Below, one piece after another: positions 1-19,059 of a stretch of DNA of 64,000 nt. The number at the start of each line of letters is the position of its first letter. Position 1 is the stretch's first letter. The notes beneath the pieces are model-generated. The model made no database searches and was not told the DNA's origin. It worked only from the letters and a program-made list of their open reading frames with translations. A program made the translations under genes and the position numbers. The stretch lies in the NCBI RefSeq assembly GCF_009914755.1, contig NC_060948.1, one strand, 5' to 3'. This DNA is from the human T2T-CHM13v2.0 reference genome, Homo sapiens.

Positions 1-290
1 CTTCTGACCTTTGAAAGACACAGCACAGACAGTGGTCCTTAGGACGAAGAGCAGGAGACCCCTAATTCCGTCACCATGGCGATAGGGCATAAACATTGCT
101 GGGTGAGGGCACAATCCACATTGTGAGGTCCAACTGCTGCCAGGAAGACAGGAGTGCTTTTACATAGACCGAAAGGTCATTGAAGGCTCAGAGTTTTGTT
201 TCAAGAACTGAATCCCAAGCCCACACGTTATTAGGCTGCGCTTCTTAAAACAAGTTATGAGATGGGAAAAAGGGCACCCACAAACATACG
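1..290. repeat. HSATI segment of the DYZ2 unit (partial, cut by the window start)
   Basis: Moderate-GC sequence nearly identical to 2422-2711; it ends where the AT-rich block begins (ACATACGTATAC). Confidence 0.75.
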
Positions 291-2137
<1,847 letters not shown>

Positions 2138-2711
2138 AGATCCATATTTTTTAAATGAAAAAAAATTTCAAAGGTACTCTGCTTGGTACAATAATCAAAT
2201 GTATAAACTGAGGAATAAAACATACCCATGAAACCTACTTATAACTGCATATGGAAAATACAGAGGATAATTTTTTAAATAACATATTTTGAAAGCCTTA
2301 ACTAGTAATTTGAAGAGTTGGCATTTGAAAGGCCAGTATGAATATACCTTCAATGCAGCAACACAGGTTCCCCATGAGAAAAAGCAAACACAGGGAAAAT
2401 AAAAACTCAAAGGTTCAATCTCTTCTGACCTTTGAAAGACACAGCACAGACAGTGGTCCTTAGGACGAAGAGCAGGAGACCCCTAATTCCGTCACCATGG
2501 CGATAGTGCATAAACATTGCTGGGTGAGGGCACAATCCACATTGTGAGGTCCAACTGCTGCCAGGAAGACAGGAGTGTTTTTACATAGACCGAAAGGTCA
2601 TTGAAGGCTCAGAGTTTTGTTTCAAGAACTGAATCCCAAGCCCACACGTTATTAGGCTGCGCTTCTTAAAACAAGTTATGAGATGGGAAAAAGGGCACCC
2701 ACAAACATACG
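2138..2711. repeat. HSATI segment of the DYZ2 unit (representative complete copy, ~575 bp; one per unit directly after each Alu)
   Basis: Non-Alu, non-simple sequence between the Alu 5' end and the AT block, with invariant length across copies. The name is assigned from the known DYZ2 architecture, not from an alignment. Confidence 0.75.
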
Positions 2712-3876
2712 TATACATTATGTATATAATAATATAGAGTGTCATATATATAATATATATAACCTATGTATAATATTGTTTTACATCCTGCATCTTATGT
2801 TATATATATTGTATAAAATATAATAATTGATAATATATGTTTTATAATTATACAATATGACATATAGTATATATTATAATTTATGACATATATAATATAT
2901 GTTATATATCATATACAGAATATATTATACGGTTAATATACGTATTAAATATAAATTATACATTATATATATTATATATAATATATCTGTTATATATAAT
3001 ACCCATTATGCATAATATATATATTATGTTTATGTTATATATAGTATAAAACAACATATAATAATATATAATTGTATATATAAAGTGCGACATATAATAT
3101 ATATTATATTTTATAACATATGTAATATATATTATATATTATATATAATACGTTGTATGTATAATACCTATATTAAATATATATTATATGACTATGTTAT
3201 TAATTACATGTCACATGTGTTATATATTATATATTTTACATAGAATATACCGGTTACATACAATATATACTATGTTACCTATAATGTATAATTTATTACA
3301 TGTAAAATAAAGAATGCAATATATTATGTATAATTTATAATATACAATATGTGGAATGTGATATATATAACATATAATATATGATATATGATATACAGTA
3401 TATGATATACAACATACAATATATGATTCCTAATATATATGGTATACAATATATATTTTATGATATGTATTCTATATGTTTTATATTCTGTTATATATAA
3501 CTATTTGAAATTATATATAACTGTATAATATTTTATGTAAATATGTAATATAATATATATAACTATATAATATATTATATATAACTATATATTATGTTAT
3601 ATATACTTTTATAACATAATTTACATAAAATATCATAATATAATATATATTATATTATTTCATATTACATAATATATATTACATATCACCCAATATAACT
3701 AACATACATAATATTATAATATAGATTATATTGTGTTATAATAAATATCATATATATCATGTATCATATATTCTATAATATATATTACACATTATATAAT
3801 ATGTATGTTGTCTATTATGTGATATATATAACTATATATATAATTATATTTTTATACATATAACTAGATAAACATG

Positions 3877-3913
3877 TAATTCTACATATTTTCATTTATA
3901 ATATGTAGAATTA
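3877..3913. repeat. Perfect 14 bp inverted repeat with 9 nt spacer (representative; present in most type-A units)
   Basis: TAATTCTACATATT-ttcatttat-AATATGTAGAATTA; the arms are exact reverse complements. Confidence 0.85.
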
Positions 3914-4263
3914 TATAATCATATATAATTATTTATATTCTATAAAAAATTTTATCATTATATAAATTATAATATATAAAAATTGTAATATGTACTACAA
4001 ATATATATATTATATATCATATATGATATAGTACCTTTGTTATATATCATAATACATATAAATGTGTATTATGTTATCTATAATTATATAATTTCATATA
4101 TAAGATGTATAATATGTATCATGTATTATATATGTTATGTAATATATATAGTATATATAAGATGACACAGGATAAATATTATATACTATGACATATAAAA
4201 TATATGAGGTTATATGTTACATATAAGGCATAGCACATAACATGTAATATATATCATATATAA

Positions 4264-4555
4264 TTTTTTTTTAGACAGAATCTTGTCCTGTTGCACAGGG
4301 TGGGGTACAATGGCGCCATCTTTGCTCACTGCAACTTCTGCCTCATGGGTCCAAGCGATTGTCCTCCCTCAGCCTCCCAGGTAGCTGGGACTACACCACA
4401 CTGGGACTACACCAGCTGCCACCATGCCTAGCTAATTTTTTGGATTTTTAGTAGTGACAGCGTTTCACTGTATTGGCCAGGATGGTCTTGATCTCTTCAC
4501 CTTGTGATCCCCTTGCCTTGGCCTCCAAATTTGCTGGGATTACAGGCCTGAGCCA
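4264..4555 (-). mobile_element. Alu copy in U2
   Basis: Near-identical to 1846-2137. Confidence 0.95.
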
Positions 4556-6678
4556 AGATCCATATTTTTTAAATGAAAAAAAATTTCAAAGGTACTCTGC
4601 TTGGTACAATAATCAAATGTATAAACTGAGGAATAAAACATAACCATGAAACCTACTTATAACTGCATATGGAAAATACAGAGGATAATTTTTTAAATAA
4701 CATATTTTGAAAGCCTTAACTAGTAATTTGAAGAGTTGGCATTTGAAAGGCCAGTATGAATATACCTTCAAAGCAGCAACACAGGTTCCCCATGAGAAAA
4801 AGCAAACACAGGGAAAATAAAAACACAAAGGTTCAATCTCTTCTGACCTTTGAAAGACACAGCACAGACAGTGGTCCTTAGGACGAAGAGCAGGAGACCC
4901 CTAATTCCGTCAACATGGCGATAGGGCATAAACATTGCTGGGTGAGGGCACAATCCACATTGTGAGGTCCAACTGCTGCCAGGAAGACAGGAGTGCTTTT
5001 ACATAGACCGAAAGGTCATTGAAGGCTCAGAGTTTTGTTTCAAGAACTGAATCCCAAGCCCACACGTTATTAGGCTGCGCTTCTTAAAACAAGTTATGAG
5101 ATGGGAAAAAGGGCACCCACAAACATACGTATACATTATGTATATAATAATATACAGTATCATATATATAATATATATAACCTATGTATAATATTGTTTT
5201 ACATCCTGCATCTTATGTTATATATATTGTATAAAATATAATAATTGATAATATATAAGTTTTATAATTATACAATATGACATATACTATATATTATAAT
5301 TTATGACATATATAATATATGTTATATGTCATATATAGAATATATTTTAGGGTTAATATACGTATTAAATATAAATTATACATTATATATATTATATATA
5401 TCTGTTATATATAATACCCATTATGCATAATATATATATTATGTCTATGTTATATATAGTATAAAACAACATATAATAATATATAATTGTATATATAAAA
5501 TGCGACATATAATATATATTATATTTTATAACATATGTAATATATATTATATATTATATATAATACGTTGTATGTATAATACCTATATTAAATATATATT
5601 ATATGACTATGTTATTAATTACATGTCACATGTGTTATATATTATATATTTTACATAGAATATACCGGTTACATACAATATACACTATGTTACCTATAAT
5701 GTATAATTTATTACATGTAAAATAAAGAATGCAATATATTATGTATAATTTATAATATACAATATGTGGAATGAGATATATATAACATATAATATATGAT
5801 ATATGATATACAGTATATGATATATAACATACAATATATGATTCCTAATATATATGGTATGCAATATATATTTTATGATATGTATTCTATATGTTTTATA
5901 TTCTGTTATATATAACTATTTGAAATTATATGTAACTGTATAATATTTTATGTAAATATGTAATATAATATATATAACTATATAATATATTATATATAAC
6001 TATATATTATGTTATATATACTTTTATAACATAATTTACATAAAATATCATAACATAATATATATTATATTATTTCATATTACATAATATATATTACATA
6101 TCACCCAATATAACTAACATACATAATATTATAATATAGATTATATTATGTTATATTAAATATCATATATATCATGTATCATATATTCTATAATATATAT
6201 TACACATTATATAATATGTATGTTGTCTATTATGTGATATATATAACTCTATATATAATTATATTTTTATACATATAACTAGATAAACATGTAATTCTAC
6301 ATATTTTCATTTATAATATGTAGAAGTATATAATCATATATAATTATTTATATTCTATAAAAAATTTTATCATTATATAAATTATAATATATAAAAATTA
6401 TAATATGTACTACAAATATATATATTATATATCATATATGATATAGTACCTTTGTTATATATCATAATACATATAAATGTGTATTATGTTATCTATAATT
6501 ATATAATTTCATATATAAGATGTATAATATGTATCATATATTATATATGTTATGTAATATATATAGTATATATAAGATGACACAGGATAAATATTATATA
6601 CTATGACATATAAAATATATGAGGTTATATGTTACATATAAGGCATAGCACATAACATGTAATATATATCATATATAA

Positions 6679-6970
6679 TTTTTTTTTAGACAGAATCTTT
6701 TCCTGTTGCACAGGGTGGGGTACAATGGCGCCATCTTTGCTCACTGCAACTTCTGCCTCACGGGTCCAAGCGATGGTCCTCCCTCAGCCTCCCAGGTAGC
6801 TGGGACTACACCACACTGGGACTACACCAGCTGCCACCATGCCTAGCTAATTTTTTGGATTTTTAGTAGTGACAGCGTTTCACTGTATTGGCCAGGATGG
6901 TCTTGATCTCTTCACCTTGTGATCCCCTTGCCTTGGCCTCCAAATTTGCTGGGATTACAGGCCTGAGCCA
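6679..6970 (-). mobile_element. Alu copy in U3
   Basis: Near-identical to 1846-2137. Confidence 0.95.
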
Positions 6971-9098
6971 AGATCCATATTTTTTAAATGAAAAAAAATT
7001 TCAAAGGTACTCTGCTTGGTACAATAATCAAATGTATAAACTGAGGAATAAAACATACCCATGAAACCTACTTATAACTGCATATGGAAAATACAGAGGA
7101 TAATTTTTTAAATAACATATTTTGAAAGCCTTAACTAGTAATTTGAAGAGTTGGCATTTGAAAGGCCAGTATGAATATACCTTCAATGCAGCAACACAGG
7201 TTCCCCATGAGAAAAAACAAACACAGGGAAAATAAAAACACAAAGGTTCAATCTCTTCTGACCTTTGAAAGACACAGCACATACAGTGGTCCTTAGGACG
7301 AAGAGCAGGAGACCCCTAATTCCGTCACCATGGCGATAGGGCATAAACATTGCTGGGTGAGGGCACAATCCACATTGTGAGGTCCAACTGCTGCCAGGAA
7401 GACAGGAGTGCTTTTACATAGACCGAAAGGTCATTGAAGGCTCAGAGTTTTGTTTCAAGAACTGAATCCCAAGCCCACACGTTATTAGGCTGCGCTTCTT
7501 AAAACAAGTTATGAGATGGGAAAAAGGGCACCCACAAACATACGTATACATTATGTATATAATAATATAGAGTGTCATATATATAATATATATAACCTAT
7601 GTATAATATTGTTTTACATCCTGCATCTTATGCTATATATATTGTATAAAATATAATAATTGATAATATATAAGTTTTATAATTATACAATATGACATAT
7701 AGTATATATTATAATTTATGACATATATAATATATGTTATATATCATATACAGAATATATTATACGGTTAATATACGTATTAAATATAAATTATACATTA
7801 TATATATTATATATAATATATCTGTTATATATAATACCCGTTATGCATAATATATATATTATGTCTATGTTATATATAGTATAAAACAACATATAATAAT
7901 ATATAATTGTATATATAAAATGCGACATATAATATATATTATATTTTATAACATATGTAATATATATTATATATTATATATAATACGTTGTATGTATAAT
8001 ACCTATATTAAATATATATTATATGACTATGTTATTAATTACATGTCACATGTGTTATATATTATATATTTTACATAGAATATACCGGTTACATACAATA
8101 TACACTGTGTTACCTATAATGTATAATTTATTACATGTAAAATAAAGAATGCAATATATTATGTATAATTTATAATATACAATATGTGGAATGTGATATA
8201 TATAACATATAATATATGATATATGATATACAGTATATGATATATAACATACAATATATGATTCCAAATATATATGGTATACAATATATATTTTATGATA
8301 TGTATTCTATATGTTTTATATTCTGTTATATATAACTATTTGAAATTATATGTAACTGTATAATATTTTATGTAAATATGTAATATAATATATATAACTA
8401 TATAATATATTATATACAACTATATATTATGTTATATATACTTTTATAACATAATTTACATAAAATATCATAACAAAATATATATTATATTATTTCATAT
8501 TACATAATATATATTACATATCACCCAATATAACTAACATACATAATATTATAATATAGATTATATTATGTTATATTAAATATCATATATATCATGTATC
8601 ATATATTCTATAATATATATTACACGTTATATAATATGTATGTTGTCTATTATGTGATATATATAACTCTATATATAATTATATTTTTATACATATAACT
8701 AGATAAACATGTAATTCTACATATTTTCATTTATAATATGTAGAAGTATATAATCATATATAATTATTTATATTCTATAAAAAATTTTATCATTATATAA
8801 ATTATAATATATAAAAATTATAATATGTACTACAAATATATATATTATATATCATATATGATATAGTACCTTTGTTATATATCATAATACATATAAATGT
8901 GTATTATGTTATCTATAATTATATAATTTCATATATAAGATGTATAATATGTATCATATATTATATATGTTATGTAATATATATAGTATATATAAGATGA
9001 CACAGGATAAATATTATATACTATGACATATAAAATATATGAGGTTATATGTTACATATAAGGCATAGCACATAACATGTAATATATATCATATATAA

Positions 9099-9390
9099 TT
9101 TTTTTTTAGACAGAATCTTGTCCTGTTGCACAGGGTGGGGTACAATGGCGCCATCTTTGCTCACTGCAACTTCTGCCTCACGGGTCCAAGCGATGGTCCT
9201 CCCTCAGCCTCCCAGGTAGCTGGGACTACACCACACTGGGACTACACCAGCTGCCACCATGCCTAGCTAATTTTTTGGATTTTTAGTAGTGACAGCGTTT
9301 CACTGTATTGGCCAGGATGGTCTTGATCTCTTCACCTTGTGATCCCCTTGCCTTGGCCTCCAAATTTGCTGGGATTACAGGCCTGAGCCA
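9099..9390 (-). mobile_element. Alu copy in U4
   Basis: Near-identical to 1846-2137. Confidence 0.95.
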
Positions 9391-11495
9391 AGATCCATAT
9401 TTTTTAAATGAAAAAAAATTTCAAAGGTACTCTGCTTGGTACAATAATCAAATGTATAAACTGAGGAATAAAACATAACCATGAAACCTACTTATAACTG
9501 CATATGGAAAATACAGAGGATAATTTTTTAAATAACATATTTTGAAAGCCTTAACTAGTAATTTGAAGAGTTGGCATTTGAAAGGCCAGTATGAATATAC
9601 CTTCAAAGCAGCAACACAGGTTCCCCATGAGAAAAAGCAAACACAGGGAAAATAAAAACACAAAGGTTCAATCTCTTCTGACCTTTGAAAGACACAGGAC
9701 AGACAGTGGTCCTTAGGACGAAGAGCAGGAGACCCCTAATTCCGTCACCATGGCGATAGGGCATAAACATTGCTGGGTGAGGGCACAATCCACATTGTGA
9801 GGTCCAACTGCTGCCAGGAAGACAGGAGTGCTTTTACATAGACCGAAAGGTCATTGAAGGCTCAGAGTTTTGTTTCAAGAACTGAATCCCAAGCCCACAC
9901 GTTATTAGGCTGCGCTTCTTAAAACAAGTTATGAGATGGGAAAAAGGGCACCCACAAACATACGTATACATTATGTATATAATAATATAGAGTGTCATAT
10001 ATATAATATATATAACCTATGTATAATATTGTTTTACATCCTGCATCTTATGTTATATATATTGTATAAAATATAATAATTGATAATATATAAGTTTTAT
10101 AATTATACAATATGACATATAGTATATATTATAATTTATGACATATATAATATATGTTATATATCATATACAGAATATATTATACGGTTAATATACGTAT
10201 TAAATATAAATTATACATTATATATATTATATATAATATATCTGTTATATATAATACCCGTTATGCATAATATATATATTATGTCTATGTTATATATAGT
10301 ATAAAACAACATATAATAATATATAATTGTATATATAAAATGCGACATATAATATATATTATATTTTATAACATATGTAATATATATTATATATTATATA
10401 TAATACGTTGTATGTATAATACCTATATTAAATATATATTATATGACTATGTTATTAATTACATGTCACATGTGTTATATATTATATATTTTACATAGAA
10501 TATACCGGTTACATACAATATACACTATGTTACCTATAATGTATAATTTATTACATGTAAAATAAAGAATGCAATATATTATGTATAATTTATAATATAC
10601 AATATGTGGAATGTGATATATATAACATATAATATATGATATATGATATACAGTATATGATATATAACATACAATATATGATTCCAAATATATATGGTAT
10701 ACAATATATATTTTATGATATGTATTCTATATGTTTTATATTCTGTTATATATAACTATTTGAAATTATATGTAACTGTATAATATTTTATGTAAATATG
10801 TAATATAATATATATAACTATATAATATATTATATACAACTGTATATTATGTTATATATACTTTTATAACATAATTTACATAAAATATCATAACAAAATA
10901 TATATTATATTATTTCATATTACATAATATATATTACATATCACCCAATATAACTAACATACATAATATTATAATATAGATTATATTATGTTATATTAAA
11001 TATCATATATATCATGTATCATATATTCTATAATATATATTACACGTTATATAATATGTATGTTGTCTATTATGTGATATATATAACTCTATATATAATT
11101 ATATTTTTATACATGTAACTAGATAAACATGTAATTCTACATATTTTCATTTATAATATGTAAAATTATATAATCATATATAATTATTTATATTCTATAA
11201 AAAATTTTATCATTATATAAATTATAATATATAAAAATTATAATATGTACTACAAATATATATATTATATATCATATATGATATAGTACCTTTGTTATAT
11301 ATCATAATACATATAAATGTGTATTATGTTATCTATAATTATATAATTTCATATATAAGATGTATAATATGTATCATATATTATATATGTTATGTAATAT
11401 ATATAGTATATATAAGATGACACAGGATAAATATTATACACTATGACATATAAAATATATGAGGTTATATGTTACATATAAGGCATAGCACATAA

Positions 11496-11810
<315 letters not shown>

Positions 11811-13906
11811 AGATCCATATTTTTTAAATGAAAAAAAATTTCAAAGGTACTCTGCTTGGTACAATAATCAAATGTATAAACTGAGGAATAAAACATAACC
11901 ATGAAACCTACTTATAACTGCATATGGAAAATACAGAGGATAATTTGTTAAATAACATATTTTGAAAGCCTTAACTAGTAATTTGAAGAGTTGGCATTTG
12001 AAAGGCCAGTATGAATATACCTTCAAAGCAGCAACACAGGTTCCCCATGAGAAAAAGCAAACACAGGGAAAATAAAAACACAAAGGTTCAATCTCTTCTG
12101 ACCTTTGAAAGACACAGCACAGACAGTGGTCCTTAGGACGAAGAGCAGGAGACCCCTAATTCCGTCACCATGGCGATAGGGCATAAACATTGCTGGGTGA
12201 GGGCACAATCCACATTGTGAGGTCCAACTGCTGCCAGGAAGACAGGAGTGCTTTTACATAGACCGAAAGGTCATTGAAGGCTCAGAGTTTTGTTTCAAGA
12301 ACTGAATCCCAAGCCCACACGTTATTAGGCTGCGCTTCTTAAAACAAGTTATGAGATGGGAAAAAGGGCACCCACAAACATACGTATACATTATGTATAT
12401 AATAATATAGAGTGTCATATATATAATATATATAACCTATGTATAATATTGTTTTACATCCTGCATCTTATGTTATATATATTGTATAAAATATAATAAT
12501 TGATAATATATAAGTTTTATAATTATACAATATGACATATAGTATATATTATAATTTATGACATATATAATATATGTTATATATCATATATAGAATATAT
12601 TATACGGTTAATATACGTATTAAATATAAATTATACATTATATATATTATATATAATATATCTGTTATATATAATAAACATTATGCATAATATATATATT
12701 ATGTCTATGTTATATATAGTATAAAACAACATATAATAATATATAATTGTATTTATAAAATGCGACATATAATATATATTATATTTTATAACATATGTAA
12801 TATATATTATATATAATACGTTGTATGTATAATACCTATATTAAATATATATTATATGACTATGTTATTAATTACATGTCACATGTGTTATATATTATAC
12901 ATTTTACATAGAATATACCGGTTACATACAATATATACTATGTTACCTATAATGTATAATTTATTACATGTAAAATAAAGAATGCAATATATTATGTATA
13001 ATTTATAATATACAATATGTGGAATGTGATATATATAACATATAATATATGATATATGATATACAGTATATGATATATAACATACAATATATGATTCCTA
13101 ATATATATGGTATACAATATATATTTTATGATATGTATTCTATATGTTTTATATTCTGTTATATATAACTATTTGAAACTATATATAACTGTATAATATT
13201 TTATGTAAATATGTAATATAATATATATAACTATATAATATATTATATATAACTATATATTATGTTATATATACTTTTATAACATAATTTACATAAAATA
13301 TCATAATATAATATATATTATATTATTTCATATTACATAATATATATTACATATCACCCAATATAACTAACATACCTAATATTATAATATAGATTATATT
13401 ATGTTATATTAAATATCATATATATCATGTATCATATATTCTATAATATATATTACACATTATATAATATGTATGTTGTCTATTATGTGATATATATAAC
13501 TATATATATAATTATATTTTTATACATATAACTAGATAAACGTAATTCTACATATTTTCATTTATAATATGTAGAATTATATAATCATATATAATTATTT
13601 ATATTCTATAAAAAATTTTATCATTATATAAATTATAATATATAAAAATTATAATATGTACTACAAATATATATATTATATATCATATATGATATAGTAC
13701 CTTTGTTATATATCATAATACATATAAATGTGTATTATGTTATCTATAATTATATAATTTCATATATAAGATGTATAATATGTATCATATATTATATATG
13801 TTATGTAATATATATAGTATATATAAGATGACACAGGATAAATATTATATACTATGACATATAAAATATATGAGGTTATATGTTACATATAAGGCATAGC
13901 ACATAA

Positions 13907-14221
<315 letters not shown>

Positions 14222-16324
14222 AGATCCATATTTTTTAAATGAAAAAAAATTTCAAAGGTACTCTGCTTGGTACAATAATCAAATGTATAAACTGAGGAAT
14301 AAAACATAACCATGAAACCTACTTATAACTGCATATGGAAAATACAGAGGATAATTTTTTAAATAACATATTTTGAAAGCCTTAACTAGTAATTTGAAGA
14401 GTTGGCATTTGAAAGGCCAGTATGAATATACCTTCAAAGCAGCAACACAGGTTCCCCATGAGAAAAAGCAAACACAGTGAAAGTAAAAACACAAAGGTTC
14501 AATCTCTTCTGACCTTTGAAAGACACAGCACAGACAGTGGTCCTTAGGACGAAGAGCAGGAGACCCCTAATTCCGTCACCATGGCGATAGGGCATAAACA
14601 TTGCTGGGTGAGGGCACAATCCACATTGTGAGGTCCAACTGCTGCCAGGAAGACAGGAGTGCTTTTACATAGACCGAAAGGTCATTGAAGGCTCAGAGTT
14701 TTGTTTCAAGAACTGAATCCCAAGCCCACACGTTATTAGGCTGCGCTTCTTAAAACAAGTTATGAGATGGGAAAAAGGGCACCCACAAACATACGTATAC
14801 ATTATGTATATAATAATATACAGTGTCATATATATAATATATATAACCTATGTATAATATTGTTTTACATCCTGCATCTTATGTTATTTATATTGTATAA
14901 AATATAATAATTGATAATATATAAGTTTTATAATTATACAATATGACATATAGTATATATTATAATTTATGACATATATAATATATGTTATATATCATAT
15001 ATAGAATATATTATACGGTTAATATACGTATTAAATATAAATTATACATTATATATATTATATATAATATATCTGGTATATATAATACCCATTATGCATA
15101 ATATATATATTATGTCTATGTTATATATAGTATAAAACAACATATAATAATATATAATTGTATATATAAAATGCGACATATAATATATATTATATTTTAT
15201 AACATATGTAATATATATTATATATTATATATAATACGTTGTATGTATAATACCTATATTAAATATATATTATATGACTATGTTATTAATTACATGTCAC
15301 ATGTGTTATATATTATATATTTTACATAGAATATACCGGTTACATACAATATATACTATGTTACCTATAATGTATAATTTATTACATGTAAAATAAAGAA
15401 TGCAATATATTATGTATAATTTATAATATACAATATGTGGAATGTGATATATATAACATATAATATATGATATATGATATACAGTATATGATATATAACA
15501 TACAATATATGATTCCTAATATATATGGTATACAATATATATTTTATGATATGTATTCTATATGTTTTATATTCTGTTATATATAACTATTTGAAATTAT
15601 ATATAACTGTATAATATTTTATGTAAATATGTAATATAATATATATAACTATATAATATATTATATATAACTATATATTATGTTATATATACTTTTATAA
15701 CATAATTTACATAAAATATCATAATATAATATATATTATATTATTTCATATTACATAATATATATTACATATCACCCAATATAACTAACATACATAATAT
15801 TATAATATAGATTATATTATGTTATATTAAATATCATATATATCATGTATCATATATTCTATAATATATATTACACATTATATAATATGTATGTTGTCTA
15901 TTATGTGATATATATAACTATATAAATAGTTATATTTTTATACATATAACTAGATAAACATGTAATTCTACATATTTTCATTTATAATATGTAGAATTAT
16001 ATAATCATATATAATTATTTATATTCTATAAAAAATTTTATCATTATATAAATTATAATATATAAAAATTATAATATGTACTACATATATATATTATATA
16101 TCATATATGATATAGTACCTTTGTTATATATCATAATACATATAAATGTGTATTATGTTATCTATAATTATATAATTTCATATATAAGATGTATAATATG
16201 TATCATATATTATATATGTTATGTAATATATATAGTATATATAAGATGACACAGGATAAATATTATATACTATGACATATAAAATATATGAGGTTATATG
16301 TTACATATAAGGCATAGCACATAA

Positions 16325-16639
<315 letters not shown>

Positions 16640-18744
16640 AGATCCATATTTTTTAAATGAAAAAAAATTTCAAAGGTACTCTGCTTGGTACAATAATCAA
16701 ATGTATAAACTGAGGAATAAAACATAACCATGAAACCTACTTATAACTGCATATGGAAAATACAGAGGATAATTTTTTAAATACCATATTTTGAAAGCCT
16801 TAACTAGTAATTTGAAGAGTTGGCATTTGAAAGGCCAGTATGAATATACCTTCAAAGCAGCAACACAGGTTCCCCATGAGAAAAAGCAAACACAGGGAAA
16901 GTAAAAACACAAAGGTTCAATCTCTTCTGACCTTTGAAAGACACAGCACAGACAGTGGTCCTTAGGACGAAGAGCAGGAGACCCCTAATTCCGTCACCAT
17001 GGCGATAGGGCATAAACATTGCTGGGTGAGGGCACAATCCACATTGTGAGGTCCAACTGCTGCCAGGAAGACAGGAGTGCTTTTACATAGACCGAAAGGT
17101 CATTGAAGGCTCAGAGTTTTGTTTCAAGAACTGAATCCCAAGCCCACACGTTATTAGGCTGCGCTTCTTAAAACAAGTTATGAGATGGGAAAAAGGGCAC
17201 CCACAAACATACGTATACATTATGTATATAATAATATACAGTGTCATATATATAATATATATAACCTATGTATAATATTGTTTTACATCCTGCATCTTAT
17301 GTTATTTATATTGTATAAAATATAATAATTGATAATATATAAGTTTTATAATTATACAATATGACATATAGTATATATTATAATTTATGACATATATAAT
17401 ATATGTTATATATCATATATAGAATATATTATACGGTTAATATACGTATTAAATATAAATTATACATTATATATATTATATATAATATATCTGGTATATA
17501 TAATACCCATTATGCATAATATATATATTATATCTATGTTATATATAGTATACAACAACATATAATAATATATAATTGTATATATAAAATGCGACATATA
17601 ATATATATTATATTTTATAACATATGTAATATATATTATATATTATATATAATACGTTGTATGTATAATACCTATATTAAATATATATTATATGACTATG
17701 TTATTAATTACATGTCACATGTGTTATATATTATATATTTTACATAGAATATACCGGTTACATACAATATATACTATGTTACCTATAATGTATAATTTAT
17801 TACATGTAAAATAAAGAATGCAATATATTATGTATAATTTATAATATACAATATGTGGAATGTGATATATATAACATATAATATATGATATATGATATAC
17901 AGTATATGATATATAACATACAATATATGATTCCTAATATATATGGTATACAATATATATTTTATGATATGTATTCTATATGTTTTATATTCTGTTATAT
18001 ATAACTATTTGAAATTATATATAACTGTATAATATTTTATGTAAATATGTAATATAATATATATAACTATATAATATATTATATATAACTATATATTATG
18101 TTATATATACTTTTATAACATAATTTACATAAAATATCATAATATAATATATATTATATTATTTCATATTACATAATATATATTACATATCACCCAATAT
18201 AACTAACATACATAATATTATAATATAGATTTTATTATGTTATATTAAATATCATATATATCATGTATCATATATTCTATAATATATATTACACATTATA
18301 TAATATGTATGTTGTCTATTATGTGATATATATAACTATATAAATAGTTATATTTTTATACATATAACTAGATAAACATGTAATTCTACATATTTTCATT
18401 TATAATATGTAGAATTATATAATCATATATAATTATTTATATTCTATAAAAAATTTTATCATTATATAAATTATAATATATAAAAATTATAATATGTACT
18501 ACAAATATATATATTATATATCCTATATGATATAGTACCTTTGTTATATATCATAATACATATAAATGTGTATTATGTTATCTATAATTATATAATTTCA
18601 TATATAAGATGTATAATATGTATCATATATTATATATGTTATGTAATATATATAGTATATATAAGATGACACAGGATAAATATTATATACTATGACATAT
18701 AAAATATATGAGGTTATATGTTACATATAAGGCATAGCACATAA

Positions 18745-19059
<315 letters not shown>

